Shown: piece after piece, positions 1-11,798 of the stretch
Position numbering within the stretch: position 1 is the first letter of the stretch
Layout: every line of letters begins with the position of its first letter
Program-made: the position numbers and the translations under genes
NCBI GenBank assembly: GCA_046563655.1
Contig: CM102290.1
Span: forward strand, 4,836,001-4,900,000
Direction of reading: 5' to 3'
Origin: Yuukianura sp. NJ FZ-2021
Lineage: Eukaryota
Length of the DNA stretch: 64,000 bases
Notes under the pieces: model-generated
Seen by the model: the letters and a program-made list of their open reading frames with translations, nothing else
What the model was told of the DNA's origin: nothing
Database searches by the model: none

Positions 1-2999
1 GCACGGAAACGACTCTCTAGTAATCTATATATGTCCGATCAATTGTTCCGACAAGAACTAAATAAGAGGCAGAAGGGGGTAAAGAATGCCAAGGTCACAA
101 CACAAGCTTGGCTTCAAGTGCTTGACATGATGTGAGGCATGTCAGTCACTGGGCAAACCATGACTAGGTGAGGAGAGCCAACGTCCATTTACAAAGTGGT
201 CGAAACCACTTGAGGGGAAGCTTAAGGTCGTGACTTGGAGGAAATGAAAATGGAGAGGTAAATACGCCAAGGAATCTTCTTCCTCTCAGAACCTCTGTAG
301 CATCCACATCCCAATGTACCATGAACATACACCGAGAGAAGAGATGAGGATGCTTGATTGCTAGAATGGAATTTTAACATTTGACAAGTGGAAGCTCATG
401 CTGTGGAAGTTAGCTTATTGAAATCCATTAATCAGTCACAAGCACAAGCATTCTCAGAAGTTTCAAAACCCATTTTCAAGTGTTTACAGTTTGTCAAATT
501 CGGAATCGTGACGAAGAGGCCTGTCACAGAAGAGGAAAGACCTCCGCCCTTAAATTCCCATAGTGTGATGCCTCATGCTAAAAAAACAGTTACACACTGA
601 AATGTTCACAGGGAGCAAAACAAATTAAGCCGTGACAGAACACAGTCATACATCAATCCTGAATTTTCCAATTCCTTTAAGAGCTAAAGTCCTTCGATCC
701 CGGATTACTTTGGACAGAAGTCAAGGAAGGAGGTCTTGGAATGGGGAAGTCTTGTCACTTTCTTACTCTTCTTCAGATGATATGAAGCACTTTAAAAAGT
801 CTTGAATGAATTTCCAGATTAAGGATGGATGATACACTTTTCAACTTGAAAAAGTTACATTTATCTCTCCCGTCTAAAGTCTACACACACGGAAATGTTC
901 CTTCACAACATCCAGAAATCCTTACCTAAACAAGAAAAGTTTTCAAACAGTTTCCAAAAATTAAAACTGGCTTTTCTCGCGTTTTCAAATTTAAAAAAGT
1001 TTTGCAGCAAGATTGAGCCTCAAGGAATATTTGACTTGGGGAATTGGTGTAATGTAACAAAAAAAAATGTCGAAATAATTTTTCGTTTAATTTCAGTGTT
1101 TTAAGCAATCAATCAACTTTTGTTCCCCTTCATACGCCTATATTTTATAGCAGCACATTCTGCCTTCAACCTCCGTGCAAAAACCAGTTGAAGTTTCAAG
1201 GTTGTGACGAATCTGTAACTAGTCAAGATTTCAAATACAAGTCATACAGTGTACTGTCGTCTCGTTAATTTACGATTAAAAAATACGATTAGATGCAATG
1301 AATTCAAGTGCCCGATATGCTCGGAGCTCCCACGGAGCGTCTTCAAACTGTACTACGCAAGTCTTGTGAAGCGTAAAGAAATTGGAGGTCAAAGATACCT
1401 AAGTGTCACCGTCCATACACAAGAAATTGATACTTCAAGAACTTTTCATACGCGTTTCTGTTTATGTATGTCTATATTTACTGATTCAGTGTATTTGTCC
1501 AACGCAAACGTAAAAGTTCGAAAAGAGTTAGCGTCTAGTCTTTGGATTTGGAATTAATCTTAAGACTGCAACACACACTGCTGACTGCTGCATCATGTTT
1601 TCCATTTCTTTGATTTTTTTTTCTTTGAAGATACAAATGTCTCGCCCCGCAGAGCCGGTTTTTCGATACAAAAAGAACAAACTAAAAGCAAAATAAAAAG
1701 TGCTTTTATAAATTCAAATCTTTTGATTGTGAATCCTAAGTTCCCACACAGCAAGGTTTAATAGCCATTTCTACTTCTCCAGAACCGTCACGTCTAGCCA
1801 TTTTCAAAAAAAAAAAAGACAAGACAACCAACTTTTCGAAAAAAAAATTTTTTTTCCTTCAAACGAAATAAAGAAAATAGATCTGCGTCTACCGGTTTTT
1901 ACGCACTCAATGAAACTTGAGCTCGTCTCCGACGCATTGGAAAAACAAACAATATGGCGGAGACTTCTGTACGTAGCAAGAGATCAAATTTAACATAAAC
2001 ATTCGCACTTTTAGTACAAGAGTGGAATGGAAGTGAACTTTAACGAAGTAAAAGACGAAAGAGTGAAAACAAACCAGGAATATTATTTCCATTTCACTTT
2101 TCAGAATTGGAAAAACTGAGAAAAAGTCAAACGTCAGTTAAAATTATTATTATCATGCTTCCATGTCATTTACGTTCACTTTTTCCTGCCTCAAAATAGC
2201 GTGCATTATATGGGAATTTAATGACGAACGTCATCCACCACTGCATAAACAAAGTGCTTTTCAAAAATTGGCGGATTTTCAAAAAAATTCAATGTCAATG
2301 TCAAACAATAATGGGAAGGTTCCAGATTCATTGAATTTGGAATCCAGCAAAATTCTACAGCAACTTTAAAATTTTTTACGACTTTTAAGCTAAAAGTAAA
2401 ACTTAACCTCTCACAATAGTAAAAAAAAATTAACCTACCTAAAGCGCATAGGAATTTCTGACTCATACACATATTTTAATAATCTTTGATTATTTATAAT
2501 TTGACTTGGAAGTTTCTATAGATTCTGCGTGAAGGGAAAGGGGCCGCCCCTTTAATAGCTTCAACACCATGCATGCAATCCCAACCGTCCGTCGTCGGCC
2601 TTGCAAAATTTCTATAATTTAGTAATTGCTAATAATTTCCTCGGAATAATAAAATATTGCACCACAGACACAGAGATGATTTGTAAAGGTACTGTTGCAA
2701 TGCAATTCCAATTTCAATTAATAACAGCACAGACAATTCAAACTCGGTTTGATTCATCATCCCCTTTCAGACTTTTGACAACGTCAGTTTTCTAAAAAGT
2801 AAAGTTCCCAACGGATGTGAACTCTCAGTGTTTGAGATCAATACAATAACCTTAACAGTGATCATGATGATCAATGAACCCAGTGATTAAAGGCTTAATT
2901 TCACATTAATTACAAGCGCAAGTACAATTTCTCGTTTTCATCAGCATTAACTGTATTTGTTGTACGAACTTGACCGTTAGTAAGTAAAGTCAGACTTAC

Positions 3000-3259
3000 G
3001 TTAGATTGTAGGCGTATGTGAGTCAAATTGTTGATGGTGACGAAGATGTGAAGATGATGATACTGAAGACGTTAGCCCCCAAAGGTACAAAAATAAATAG
3101 TAGAGCAGCACTTCTTCGGATTTGAAGAAAGATGACGATACGGAAGATCCAGGCAGCGATGTCTTCCTGATGCTGAAGAAGATGAAGATGTCGCGGACAT
3201 TTGGCGAAATGGATACCAAAAACCTGGAATCGGATTCAACAAAACTCAACACCAACTGA
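3000..3259 (-). promoter_or_regulatory. Candidate (non-coding) first exon of a minus-strand gene whose body lies left of the window
   Basis: Minus-strand TCAGTT initiator at 3259-3254, then a ~260-nt segment ending at a perfect GTAAGT donor (2999-2994). It contains only a short ATG-initiated ORF that ends inside the exon. Confidence 0.4.
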
Positions 3260-3494
3260 ATTCTCGAGAATGAATGATGTTCAATTTTTAATTTTGTTTA
3301 AAAAACTTACTTTTGAAAGAATCTCACATGCCGTTGCCAAAAATTTGATCGTAACTATTTGTATGTGGAGGAATCCAGAAAGTCCAAGTCAATAACACAC
3401 GACGTTACAATAGCGAACGATTGTTGCTAAACAATAAGTGTGCCGTTTACGAAGTATTAACCGATGATTAAAAGTTAGTTGGGTTATCCAGTAC

Positions 3495-3621
3495 CTTTGT
3501 CCAGTGTCAGTGTGCTGGAAGTGGTTAAAACCATGTCTATTGAGGAGAGGAAACTCACAAAATTGATGACGAGGCTTCTTCCGTCTACGTCCTACTCCTA
3601 CCACTTTCAGTTGGAGACTGA
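3495..3621 (-). promoter_or_regulatory. Second candidate alternative first exon of the same left-running gene
   Basis: Minus-strand TCAGTC initiator at 3621-3616 and AAAG|GTACTG donor at 3494. An ATG at 3534 would give MVLTTSSTLTLDK in phase 1. Confidence 0.35.
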
Positions 3622-5178
3622 ATGAACACAGCAACACGCCAGAGACTCCTCTTTCTCCCTTCACTTTTACACACAACTGGGGTAGTAAAAATGTTAAGTT
3701 AAATATAAGCAATACAATTTGTAATTTACAAAAATAACAAAACGTAATTGTTATCAGGTCGCTGTTAAATCTACAAACTGTGTGTAGCCTAATGGCGCCA
3801 AATTAATTACAATTAATTTTCACCCCTACGAGAAAAATGCAGATGAAACCAGATTGGAAATATCCTCAGTCCTCGTCTCTCCAAATCCAAATGCTAATTA
3901 ACTCCTATCTGTATTGCTGCAGCATTCAAAAAGTCCTTACAAGTCGTATAAGTACTATTCGTAGTTCAATTTGTTCAATGCCTAAAATAGCACTGAATTC
4001 GGTCAACGATTGATCCTGCACGATGCCAAATAGCTCGTGAAAGACTGGGCTGACAACCTAACTTTCACCGGAAGTTGCGGTAGTCGTAAGGTTTAGGGTA
4101 AGTGATTGTACCCCCCGGTTAGCAATACATTGCACGCCCCGATACAAATCAGACGCTGGAAATTCAAAAATTCTACATTTACGCTGTACCCCTTCCTTCC
4201 TGTAGGTCAGGTCAGGTTTATACCTAAAACTACGATTTAATAACCTAAATTCTAAAATTTCAATTTCATTGTATTGCAACTTGGGGGTAGAATGAAATTT
4301 TAGAGAATTCGAATCAGTCACCCTACCTTACGTCAACCGAAGTGATATACTTTACTAAAATATGTCGTTGGACAATATGTAACTAATGGACTTCCTCTGT
4401 CCTTCGGTAGGGTGACAAGTTGTGTTACTGGAGATGATGAAATTAATTGCGTTTCAAGCAACATTATTAACTATCTCCTAACAATGGTTGATTAGGCTAT
4501 TTGTTAAAGGAGGCAGCATTGCTAAGATAAACATTTCCGCCTTTTCCCTGTGACATTGACCACTTGTTGAGAACTTAAGGCCTTGACAATTGGAGCTCAG
4601 ACAGTCCGTGAATACGGTTATGCTCAATATAAAGTTGAAATGAAGATCGTCTAAATATTAGCAATCTCAGGCCTCATAATTTGTTTTGTTGCAAATTGGA
4701 ATTAAATAGTCTGTTAAGGAGCCTTGGCATACAGGTGAGAATTAGACAACCGAACATGGTTACGTTAAGTCAGGAATCAAGTACTAAATTACAAGAAGGC
4801 TAACTATAACAGAATGAGAATAATTGAAACCTTTTTAAGACGAGGAGGAAGCATTTCGAGTTCAAGAATACCGTTTGCCTAATGTCCACTTTATCAAAGG
4901 TCAAACGACTGTTGTCACTCCATCTTTAGGCATAGCTAGGTCACATTCATTTACACAGCGCTTACTACCACCAGTCTCCTACAACAACGCACAACCTCGA
5001 GTGACATTCATTCTGATTAACAAGTCCAACGAGGATTCGTGTTGCCCTAACCTATTCAGTGTGAGTTTTGAAATTAAGTTAACAAGAGTACGGAAGCGCT
5101 TGTGAAACCTATGGTACGGTTTCCAAAGGCAAACGAATGTAAACAAAAATGAAAATTCCGTACCTTGGGACGATTAGG

Positions 5179-5191
5179 TGACCTTTGACCT
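5179..5191. promoter_or_regulatory. Perfect nuclear-receptor DR1-type element TGACCTTTGACCT
   Basis: Exact AGGTCA-A-AGGTCA on the minus strand; identical copy at 55989-56001. Function not shown. Confidence 0.3.
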
Positions 5192-5626
5192 TTATGTACG
5201 CCTATGACCAAATTCAACTGCCGTTCAATGTACATTAAAAGGGTGCAACCTACAAATCACAATTCAGAATTTGATTAGAAAACTTTCAAAATTTTTAATT
5301 TTGATGATTTAACATTAGTAAATACCGAACCATACACCAACCTTTTACAACTAGTTTTAGTGATATGATTCGAAACATGCAGCCATTCACCACCTACCAG
5401 TTAACACTCGAACCTTACGTTACTAAAGTAAAATGTCTCATCAAACATTAACAGTATTTCAGGGGTATGATCTAAAAGAATGTCATCCAGTAAAACCAAA
5501 ACAAATAATTTTTTGTAGAAGACGAAAATTAGAAATGAAAAAATATATGTAAGAAAAGATTTAAAGCACGTTACGATGAGGAGATGCGGAGAGTGATATC
5601 GTCTTTACAGCTAGTGTTGCTATTTT

Positions 5627-8581
5627 CTAACGAGTTTCGTGTAATCCATAGTCTTCCCATATTGTAGTGTCCAACTCGCTGTCAGCATGCTCAGCCTATA
5701 AGATGGAGGAAAACGTTTTTAAAATATGAATTTGAGACTAAATAGCATGGATTCAGGATAGTCACTAGGTTTAGGTAAATACGTTCGTAATCTAAAATAG
5801 AATGTTGACAATTAGTTACATCCTCGTCCTCTTCTTCGTCCAAGTCCATCTCTTCTCCAACAGTGACTTCAAATGGAGCATCCGTCCCACGTGAACTACA
5901 AGGGTCCAGACGATCTAATCCTTGGCGAGCGTCTTTATTTGACGGATCCAGTCTGAAACAAATTAAACACAACACCAAAATCAGGATTTAGAAACTACAC
6001 GAAATCAGTAGAAATAATTTACCTCAGTGCGATTGCATACTGATCAGCTGCACTTTCTTCTTGTCCGTTTTTACACAACATAGCGGCTAGTCTTACATGT
6101 AACTTGCTTGGAGAAACTCGAAGGTCAATGTAGTTTTTGAGCATTTGTATACCCTCGTTGAACTTTCCCTCCTGATGGGTTGAATTGAAGTTATTTAACG
6201 ATAGTAAGTGAAGAAATAACGCTTCGATTGCGCGGCGATATATAATAATAAAAATGAAAAGTTATCATTGGTTCGACTTACAGATTCGTAGATGTCAGCG
6301 TAGGTCATAATAGCTGGCAAAAACGTTGGATCAGCTTCCAGAGCCTTCTCCAGATACGTTTTTGCCTTTGTTACTGTCAAAGGATCTTTCTTCAACGCAA
6401 TAGCACAGAGCTGTAACACATTATAACTTTTAATTAGTTTACGATTTTATACAATAAGTACTACCTATAAGTTCAGAATTATACTACATAGGTAATATGT
6501 TTTCATTGATTGAACAAAATATGATAATAAAGTATGTCAGTTTCTTACGTTGAATACACGCGGAGTATGTCCGACTGCCTTCAATGCACTGATTGCTACC
6601 GTCATGGCTTCTCTTATCCGTGAGGTAGCTAGGTAGCAGTCAACGATACCACGATAAGCTTCATATCGTTCCGGATTCCGAGACATAACCTCCCGAAAAC
6701 ACATAACAGCTTCCTGATATTTCTTCATTTTGAGGTAAATATGGCCTTGACAAATTATTCCTTCCGGGTTAGTCATCCCCAGAAAAGTGGCACCCTATAA
6801 CACATTAAGTTAGAGCATTACCTTGGAGTAACTTATCAAATTGTTCGTTGGAAATCTTTGGATTCAATTGATTCTACACTACTACTCATAGCAGCCTTAC
6901 TGAAAAAAAGGATTAAGTTTTTCTATCGGATGATCATCGAAAAAGTGGACGTTTTGTAAAAATAACCCCAAATGAATCCCCAAATTGTTACAGTACAACA
7001 AAAATACAAAATAACACATAAACTTCCAGTGTCGATTGGGGCAATTTTTGCAAAACCGACCACTTTTCGCTGATCACCCTGTAGAAAAACTTGATCTTTT
7101 TTAAGTAAGGTTGCTACGAGTAGTAAACTTACTCGGACCGCGAAGACCTGAGCACGATTTAATCGGCCGAGAGACATTGTGTGATACGCAGATGCGATCC
7201 ACGGTTCACTTTTTGATTCTCGAAGGTTATAGTCATTCAGTCTTAGTTGTAATTTGTAGAGTTCTTGCTGCATTTCTTCTTGCCAAAGAGCGAACGCGTA
7301 GAAATCCATACCTTTCATATTGAGTGGCTCGAAGTGTAGGGCCTATGAATCAAACCAGTATGTCACAGTAATACGCCTGTTTTTGTCAGTTTAAACTCTG
7401 CCGAAAAAGTACTCACCCATTGAAACGCGTTAGTTGCTGCAACATAGTCCCCGTAGTTAATATTTGCCATGCCGAGACTGTGGAGTAGAGAAACACATCC
7501 TGTTAACCTCTTCTGTTGTCTGATTTCATTGAAAATCTTGATTCCGGCGAGATGGTCTTTGGCGGCGACAGCCGCTGTGCCACGGATCCAACTGTTATAC
7601 CTAAAATAAGATTCATTGTCAATAGAAAAGAATCATGGATAACTTTTATTAAAAACAGTCTAACAACCAACCGCACCGAAGCCTTACCAGTTCAAGTTTG
7701 TATTCGACTTTGCAGTTTTGTCACGCACTAGAGACTGTACGTCATCTTCGTTACATCCCAGCAAAATTAACTGTTCTACTGCATCAAGTGCCATTGGACA
7801 CACCTAATGGGAAGAATAAAGATTTGAAACAAAATCAATTCCAAATTTCAATAACAAGTTGGCACTTTTAAGTATACCTTTAGAACTTCTTTGTAAGATG
7901 TAATCGCAGCTCGTTCCATACCAGTCTTCTTATACAAGTGACCCATGGCCATGTTGATTTGAACTGTGCGTTGTTTTGCAGGAATCGTTTCTAACCACTT
8001 CAGAGCATCAGCTGTTTTCTTATTTTGTGACATGCATAGATATACCTTATATTTCAAATCTGTAAATCAAAGATCAAGGAGTTAAAAGGTAACATTTAAC
8101 AAATTATAAACAAACCTACCTGTGGAACTTCCGCAATTATCAATTAGTTTGCTCTTCATAGTAGGATGTAGCTTGAAAAGTGGTTTGTATAATTGTAGAC
8201 ATCGACGATAAAAGGCTTCCGCTCGATGGAAATCCAACAGTCTATAAGCAGATTCTCCACACATAAAATACACATGGCAGTGTTGGTGCTCAGTAAGAAG
8301 TTCCGGTTGCTGCTGAGCCAACCCCAGGGCCCAGCTACTCTGTTAATTAAAAATTAGTTGACATATTTATTCAACCTGGAAAAGATCTGTAAGTTACTGT
8401 CACCATTCTTAACATCATCAAAACGTCGCAGCGTGCTTACAAAAGTCAGAAGGTTTGAGTATAACTCATTGTCGAACAAAGCTTTTAATTCGTCGTAGTA
8501 GAAGTTGCTTCTTCGAATTTTTTGGTCCGATTGACCAGAAGAACCACCGGGGCCAGCAGCCGGTGAGTTTACAGTTGACAT
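5627..8581 (-). CDS. ANAPC7: Anaphase-promoting complex subunit 7 (TPR protein), 11 coding exons, 592 aa
   Basis: Exons (minus) 8581-8441, 8339-8120, 8059-7878, 7803-7688, 7600-7417, 7342-7133, 6794-6549, 6410-6282, 6171-6023, 5952-5820, 5695-5627. All introns GT-AG with consistent phases, total 1779 nt. Translation has APC7 motifs: IPAKQRTVQINMAMGHLYKKTGMERAAITSYKEVLKVCPMALDA, MKGMDFYA, EPW, YRGIVDCYLATSRIREA, KAKTYLEKAL, ALRLDPSN and an acidic tail. Confidence 0.95.
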
Positions 8582-8585
8582 TGTT

Positions 8586-8666
8586 CTATGTATAAAAGAA
8601 GCACAAACATGAAATTGCTAATTCACCATTCCTTTTAATTGAACTGAAGTTGTGCAACTCACATAC
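8586..8666 (-). other. ANAPC7: 5'-UTR intron of ANAPC7 (upstream non-coding exon begins at 8667)
   Basis: GTATGT donor at 8666; pyrimidine tract plus TAG acceptor ending at 8586, 4 nt before the ATG; 81 nt, typical intron size here. Confidence 0.65.
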
Positions 8667-8887
8667 CTTATTCTTGGTCAGTTCCCACAGATCGAGTAAC
8701 GACTCGTAACTTGAGCGCTCCAACACTGGGTACAATCTTCAGTTTAAAATTGATTAATACGTACATCAACAATTAGTGGAGCACTAACCCTAGGTAGTAT
8801 AACATGACACTGTTTTGGTTGTTTACTTTTTATTTTGGTTAATTAAATTCAGTTTTCAGTTTCAGGTTTATCCAAGTTGCACACACA

Positions 8888-8995
8888 GGGATCCCCTAAA
8901 AGGCGGAACGCGGAAAAGGCGGAAAACCGCGCACTATACGAGGAAAAGGCGGATTACCGCGTACTATACGAGAAAAAACCCGGAGACTCGCGCAC
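8888..8995 (+). repeat. Left TIR with ~29-30-bp internal repeats (core CGCGCACTATACGAGGAAA)
   Basis: Two full units plus a partial one; reverse complement of 12072-12198. Confidence 0.9.
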
Positions 8996-9505
8996 CAACC
9001 TAACCGCCACCAGCCACCACCGAGGCTTCAGAACAAAACTGCAACTCAGCCTTTGACCTCAACAGATGGTCACAGAGTCGTGTGTGATATGCCAAAATGA
9101 TCTCACTGACCTCAACAACTTTTGTAAGGGTCATTTTTGATGTTGTCAGGAGACGCCGGGTCAAATTTTCTGGACTTAGAGAAATTTTCATCTGCACCAC
9201 GTTTGATAGAATCCAACCAGACGATTTAGTTCTGCTCTCGGCTGCTTGCTTTTCCTTCTTCTGTTCTAAATGGCTACAAAGTCAGCTTCTGCAGCAATTC
9301 CCTTCCGAGCAATTTGCAGCTTGCAATATCCCAAAAACTTCGCGATGCGCGATAATCTTAGCCGTTGTTGATTAGACTAGGTTAATCAGTTTCTTCTGTT
9401 TTGAATTGACTTAGTTATTTTCATTCTCGTTTCGGCAGGATTGTTGGTCGAACATATTAATTGGGATAACAGTTGGTGTGCTCCGTGAAGAGACCTCGCT
9501 TCAAC

Positions 9506-11798
9506 ATGACTACTCCCATTTTAAAACTTCCGAAAAGAGGCACGTAAGGACGTTACTAAACCGAATTCATGCGGCAAATTGATTTTTTTTGAAGTGATTT
9601 CGAAGAATTGTAAGAGGGATAAAAATGCCGACTTTGTGTAAAAAGCTGGAACTTTCCCTATGAGTTATCACTTACTTTTTTTAATTAGGACGGACTGCGA
9701 CACAAGGGCAAGATGTTCAATTTGTCAGGGGTTCTCCGACATTCCGGAATCGTAAGTTTTAAGATTTTTTTAACACATGAAACTAGTTCACTCCACAATA
9801 AAGACAAAGTCGCGAAGCTTTTTAATGATTGCAATAATTTTTGGGATTTAGGGGAGAAGAAAAAAATGAGGAACGTAGACCAGGGATATATCCGAAGACT
9901 TTAAAATTTGGTCATAATGAAACAGGTGTCATTCCAGTTCATAATCAAGATCATCAAGATGTAGGTGCCAACGAACACCTTGCGCTTGGTGAGGCACGAA
10001 TTTATTCATGTGTAATAAAACCGTTTACTCTGTGTAAGATAATGTCTAATGACATTTGGCAAAAAGTAGAATTACTAAATAATTTTATTTATTTATTTTA
10101 CAATTAATTTATATTTAATAATTTGTACATTTTAGTAGATGGGACACCTACGCTTCCCCTCCTGAGCGGTATAACACTTCGAATGAATCGACGACACCAC
10201 TTAACACAGAAGGCAACGGCGGTGAAAATTTTGTACATGTCCAGAATGGGACCTCTCAGCAACTCAGCATCTCAGCAATTCATCGAAAATTGGCACATAC
10301 AAACATCCTCATGTGTGGACTCGGAGGACTCGGAGTAGAACTCGCAAAAAACGTTTGTCTGGGTAAGCATCTGGCACTTCAAAAAGTTTTTGCAAAACGT
10401 CGTTCCATGGATTCGGATTTAGATTTGAATTTGGTTGTTTCAGGCGGTATGAAATCCGTGACTCTGCAAGATACAGCTAAAATATCCTGTATTGATCTGA
10501 GCAGCCAATTCTACTTGAACGAGGAGCACATTGGGCAGAATCGTGCTCTGGCTAGTCGAGATCAGTTGGCCCAGTTGAATCCGTATCTCAACGTGAAAGT
10601 CATCACAGAACCACTTACGACGGAACTCATCAAGAACTTTCATATCGTCGTGGTGACGGATCGCGTTGGGACTGAAGCGACACTGTGTGAGTTGTCTTGC
10701 TTTTGTCACGAGAAGAACATCATTTCATTTCATTTCATTTATTCTCCTGTTTCTGGCAGGCTTTTCAGAAGAAGTAATAGTGATAGTTTTTTTGAAGTGT
10801 AATTAATATTAGTTAATTAAAGATCGCTTTCATCTTGCTGAAACTCGCGGAGTGTTTTCTCGCTTGTTCAGTGACTTTGGAGAGGGGTTTGTGGTCAATG
10901 ACTCCAACGGTTAACCACCAATTACAGCATTGGTTGCCAGTGTGACGCAAGACACGAATGGGCTCGTCACTTAGCTCGCCATGGACTGGAAGACGGGGAC
11001 TTTGTGACGTTCACTGAAGTGGTCGGCATGGAGGAGTTGAACGGATGTGAACCAATGGAGGTCACTTTCACTATCGGAGACACTTCAGGTATCCACGCAA
11101 CTGGAGTTGAATTATACACACTGATACTATATATATGTAATTATGTACCATTGGTGTCTTTGTGAATGCAGGGTTCAAGGCTTATGAAAGTGCTGGGACG
11201 GTGGTGCAAGTGAAGAAACCGGTTGTCGTGGATTTCCAGTCTTTTGAAGCGTGTCTTCGTTAACCTGAAGTTGTTTACAACGATTTTGCCAACCTGGATC
11301 AGTCGAATCAGCTTCACTGTGGATTCCGTGCCCTGGATTGGTTGGTGGCTGAGACTGGGCGACTCCCTAAGCCTTGGAACGAGGAGGATTCAGCAGTGGT
11401 TGTGGAGATGGCGAAGGACATCAGTGCCACTCTCAAAAATCCCCTGGATGGGGTGGATGAGAACTTGCTGAAACTCTTCTCCTTTGTGAGTGCAGAGAAT
11501 ATTTGCCCAATGAATGCTTTCGTCGGATGTGTGGCTGCTCAGGAAGTGATGAAAGCCTGTACTGCAAACTTCTACCCCATCAAGCAATTTAAATTTTTGG
11601 AGGCTGTCGCCCGTCTCCCACCACCACCTCCACCAGCCCATCAGGTAAATTTAAATCAAGATCATAACCAATCATTTTAAAAATTCACACTTTTCAAAAT
11701 AGTGTTCAAGTGCTTTTAATTTTTTTGTTTGATTTTGTAGGTTGAACCAACTACTGGTCAAATCAATCTGCCGGATTGCAATGCAGATGAGGATTTGG
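9506..11798 (+). pseudogene. UBA1: Decayed chimeric gene: unrelated N-terminal exons, then the N-terminal half of ubiquitin-activating enzyme E1 (IAD, FCCH, four-helix bundle), then a short unrelated C-terminal exon
   Basis: Exons 9439-9543 (ATG 9506), 9689-9751, 9852-9988, 10136-10362, 10444-11088, 11172-11644, 11741-11798 with GT-AG introns. UBA1 motifs: [126 protein letters not shown]. Lesions: TAA at 10912 and 11261; frameshifts near 10835, 10972 and within 10136-10290; an apparent ~6-codon deletion near 11063; a 104-bp insertion. Confidence 0.9.
10722..10825 (-). mobile_element. 104-bp insertion, probably the 5'-truncated 3' tail of a non-LTR retroelement (LINE/SINE)
   Basis: Interrupts the UBA1-like frame between KNI and AFI. 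ATC is duplicated at 10719-10721 and 10823-10825. The minus strand ends AATAAATG(AAATG)3, a poly(A)-signal-plus-microsatellite tail. Confidence 0.65.

Noticed and set aside
591..1099. Possible MITE ends ACAC(T/G)GAAAT / ATTTCAGTGT
   Set aside because: Only 10 bp of complementarity, two competing left ends and no TSD.
1249..1557. ORF with FKCPICSELP resembling a RING start
   Set aside because: Only one CxxC pair, no remaining ligands in any frame and no splice context.
9000..9375. ORFs just inside the left TIR as transposase remnants
   Set aside because: No DDE, SWIM or FLYWCH-like motifs recognised in any frame; may be UTR or another captured fragment.
10290..10802. 170-aa ORF taken as a functional E1 or SAE1/Aos1 gene
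   Set aside because: It reads through an 81-nt intron and into the nested insertion. Downstream FCCH and four-helix-bundle motifs identify UBA1, not SAE1, and the frame is broken by stops and frameshifts.
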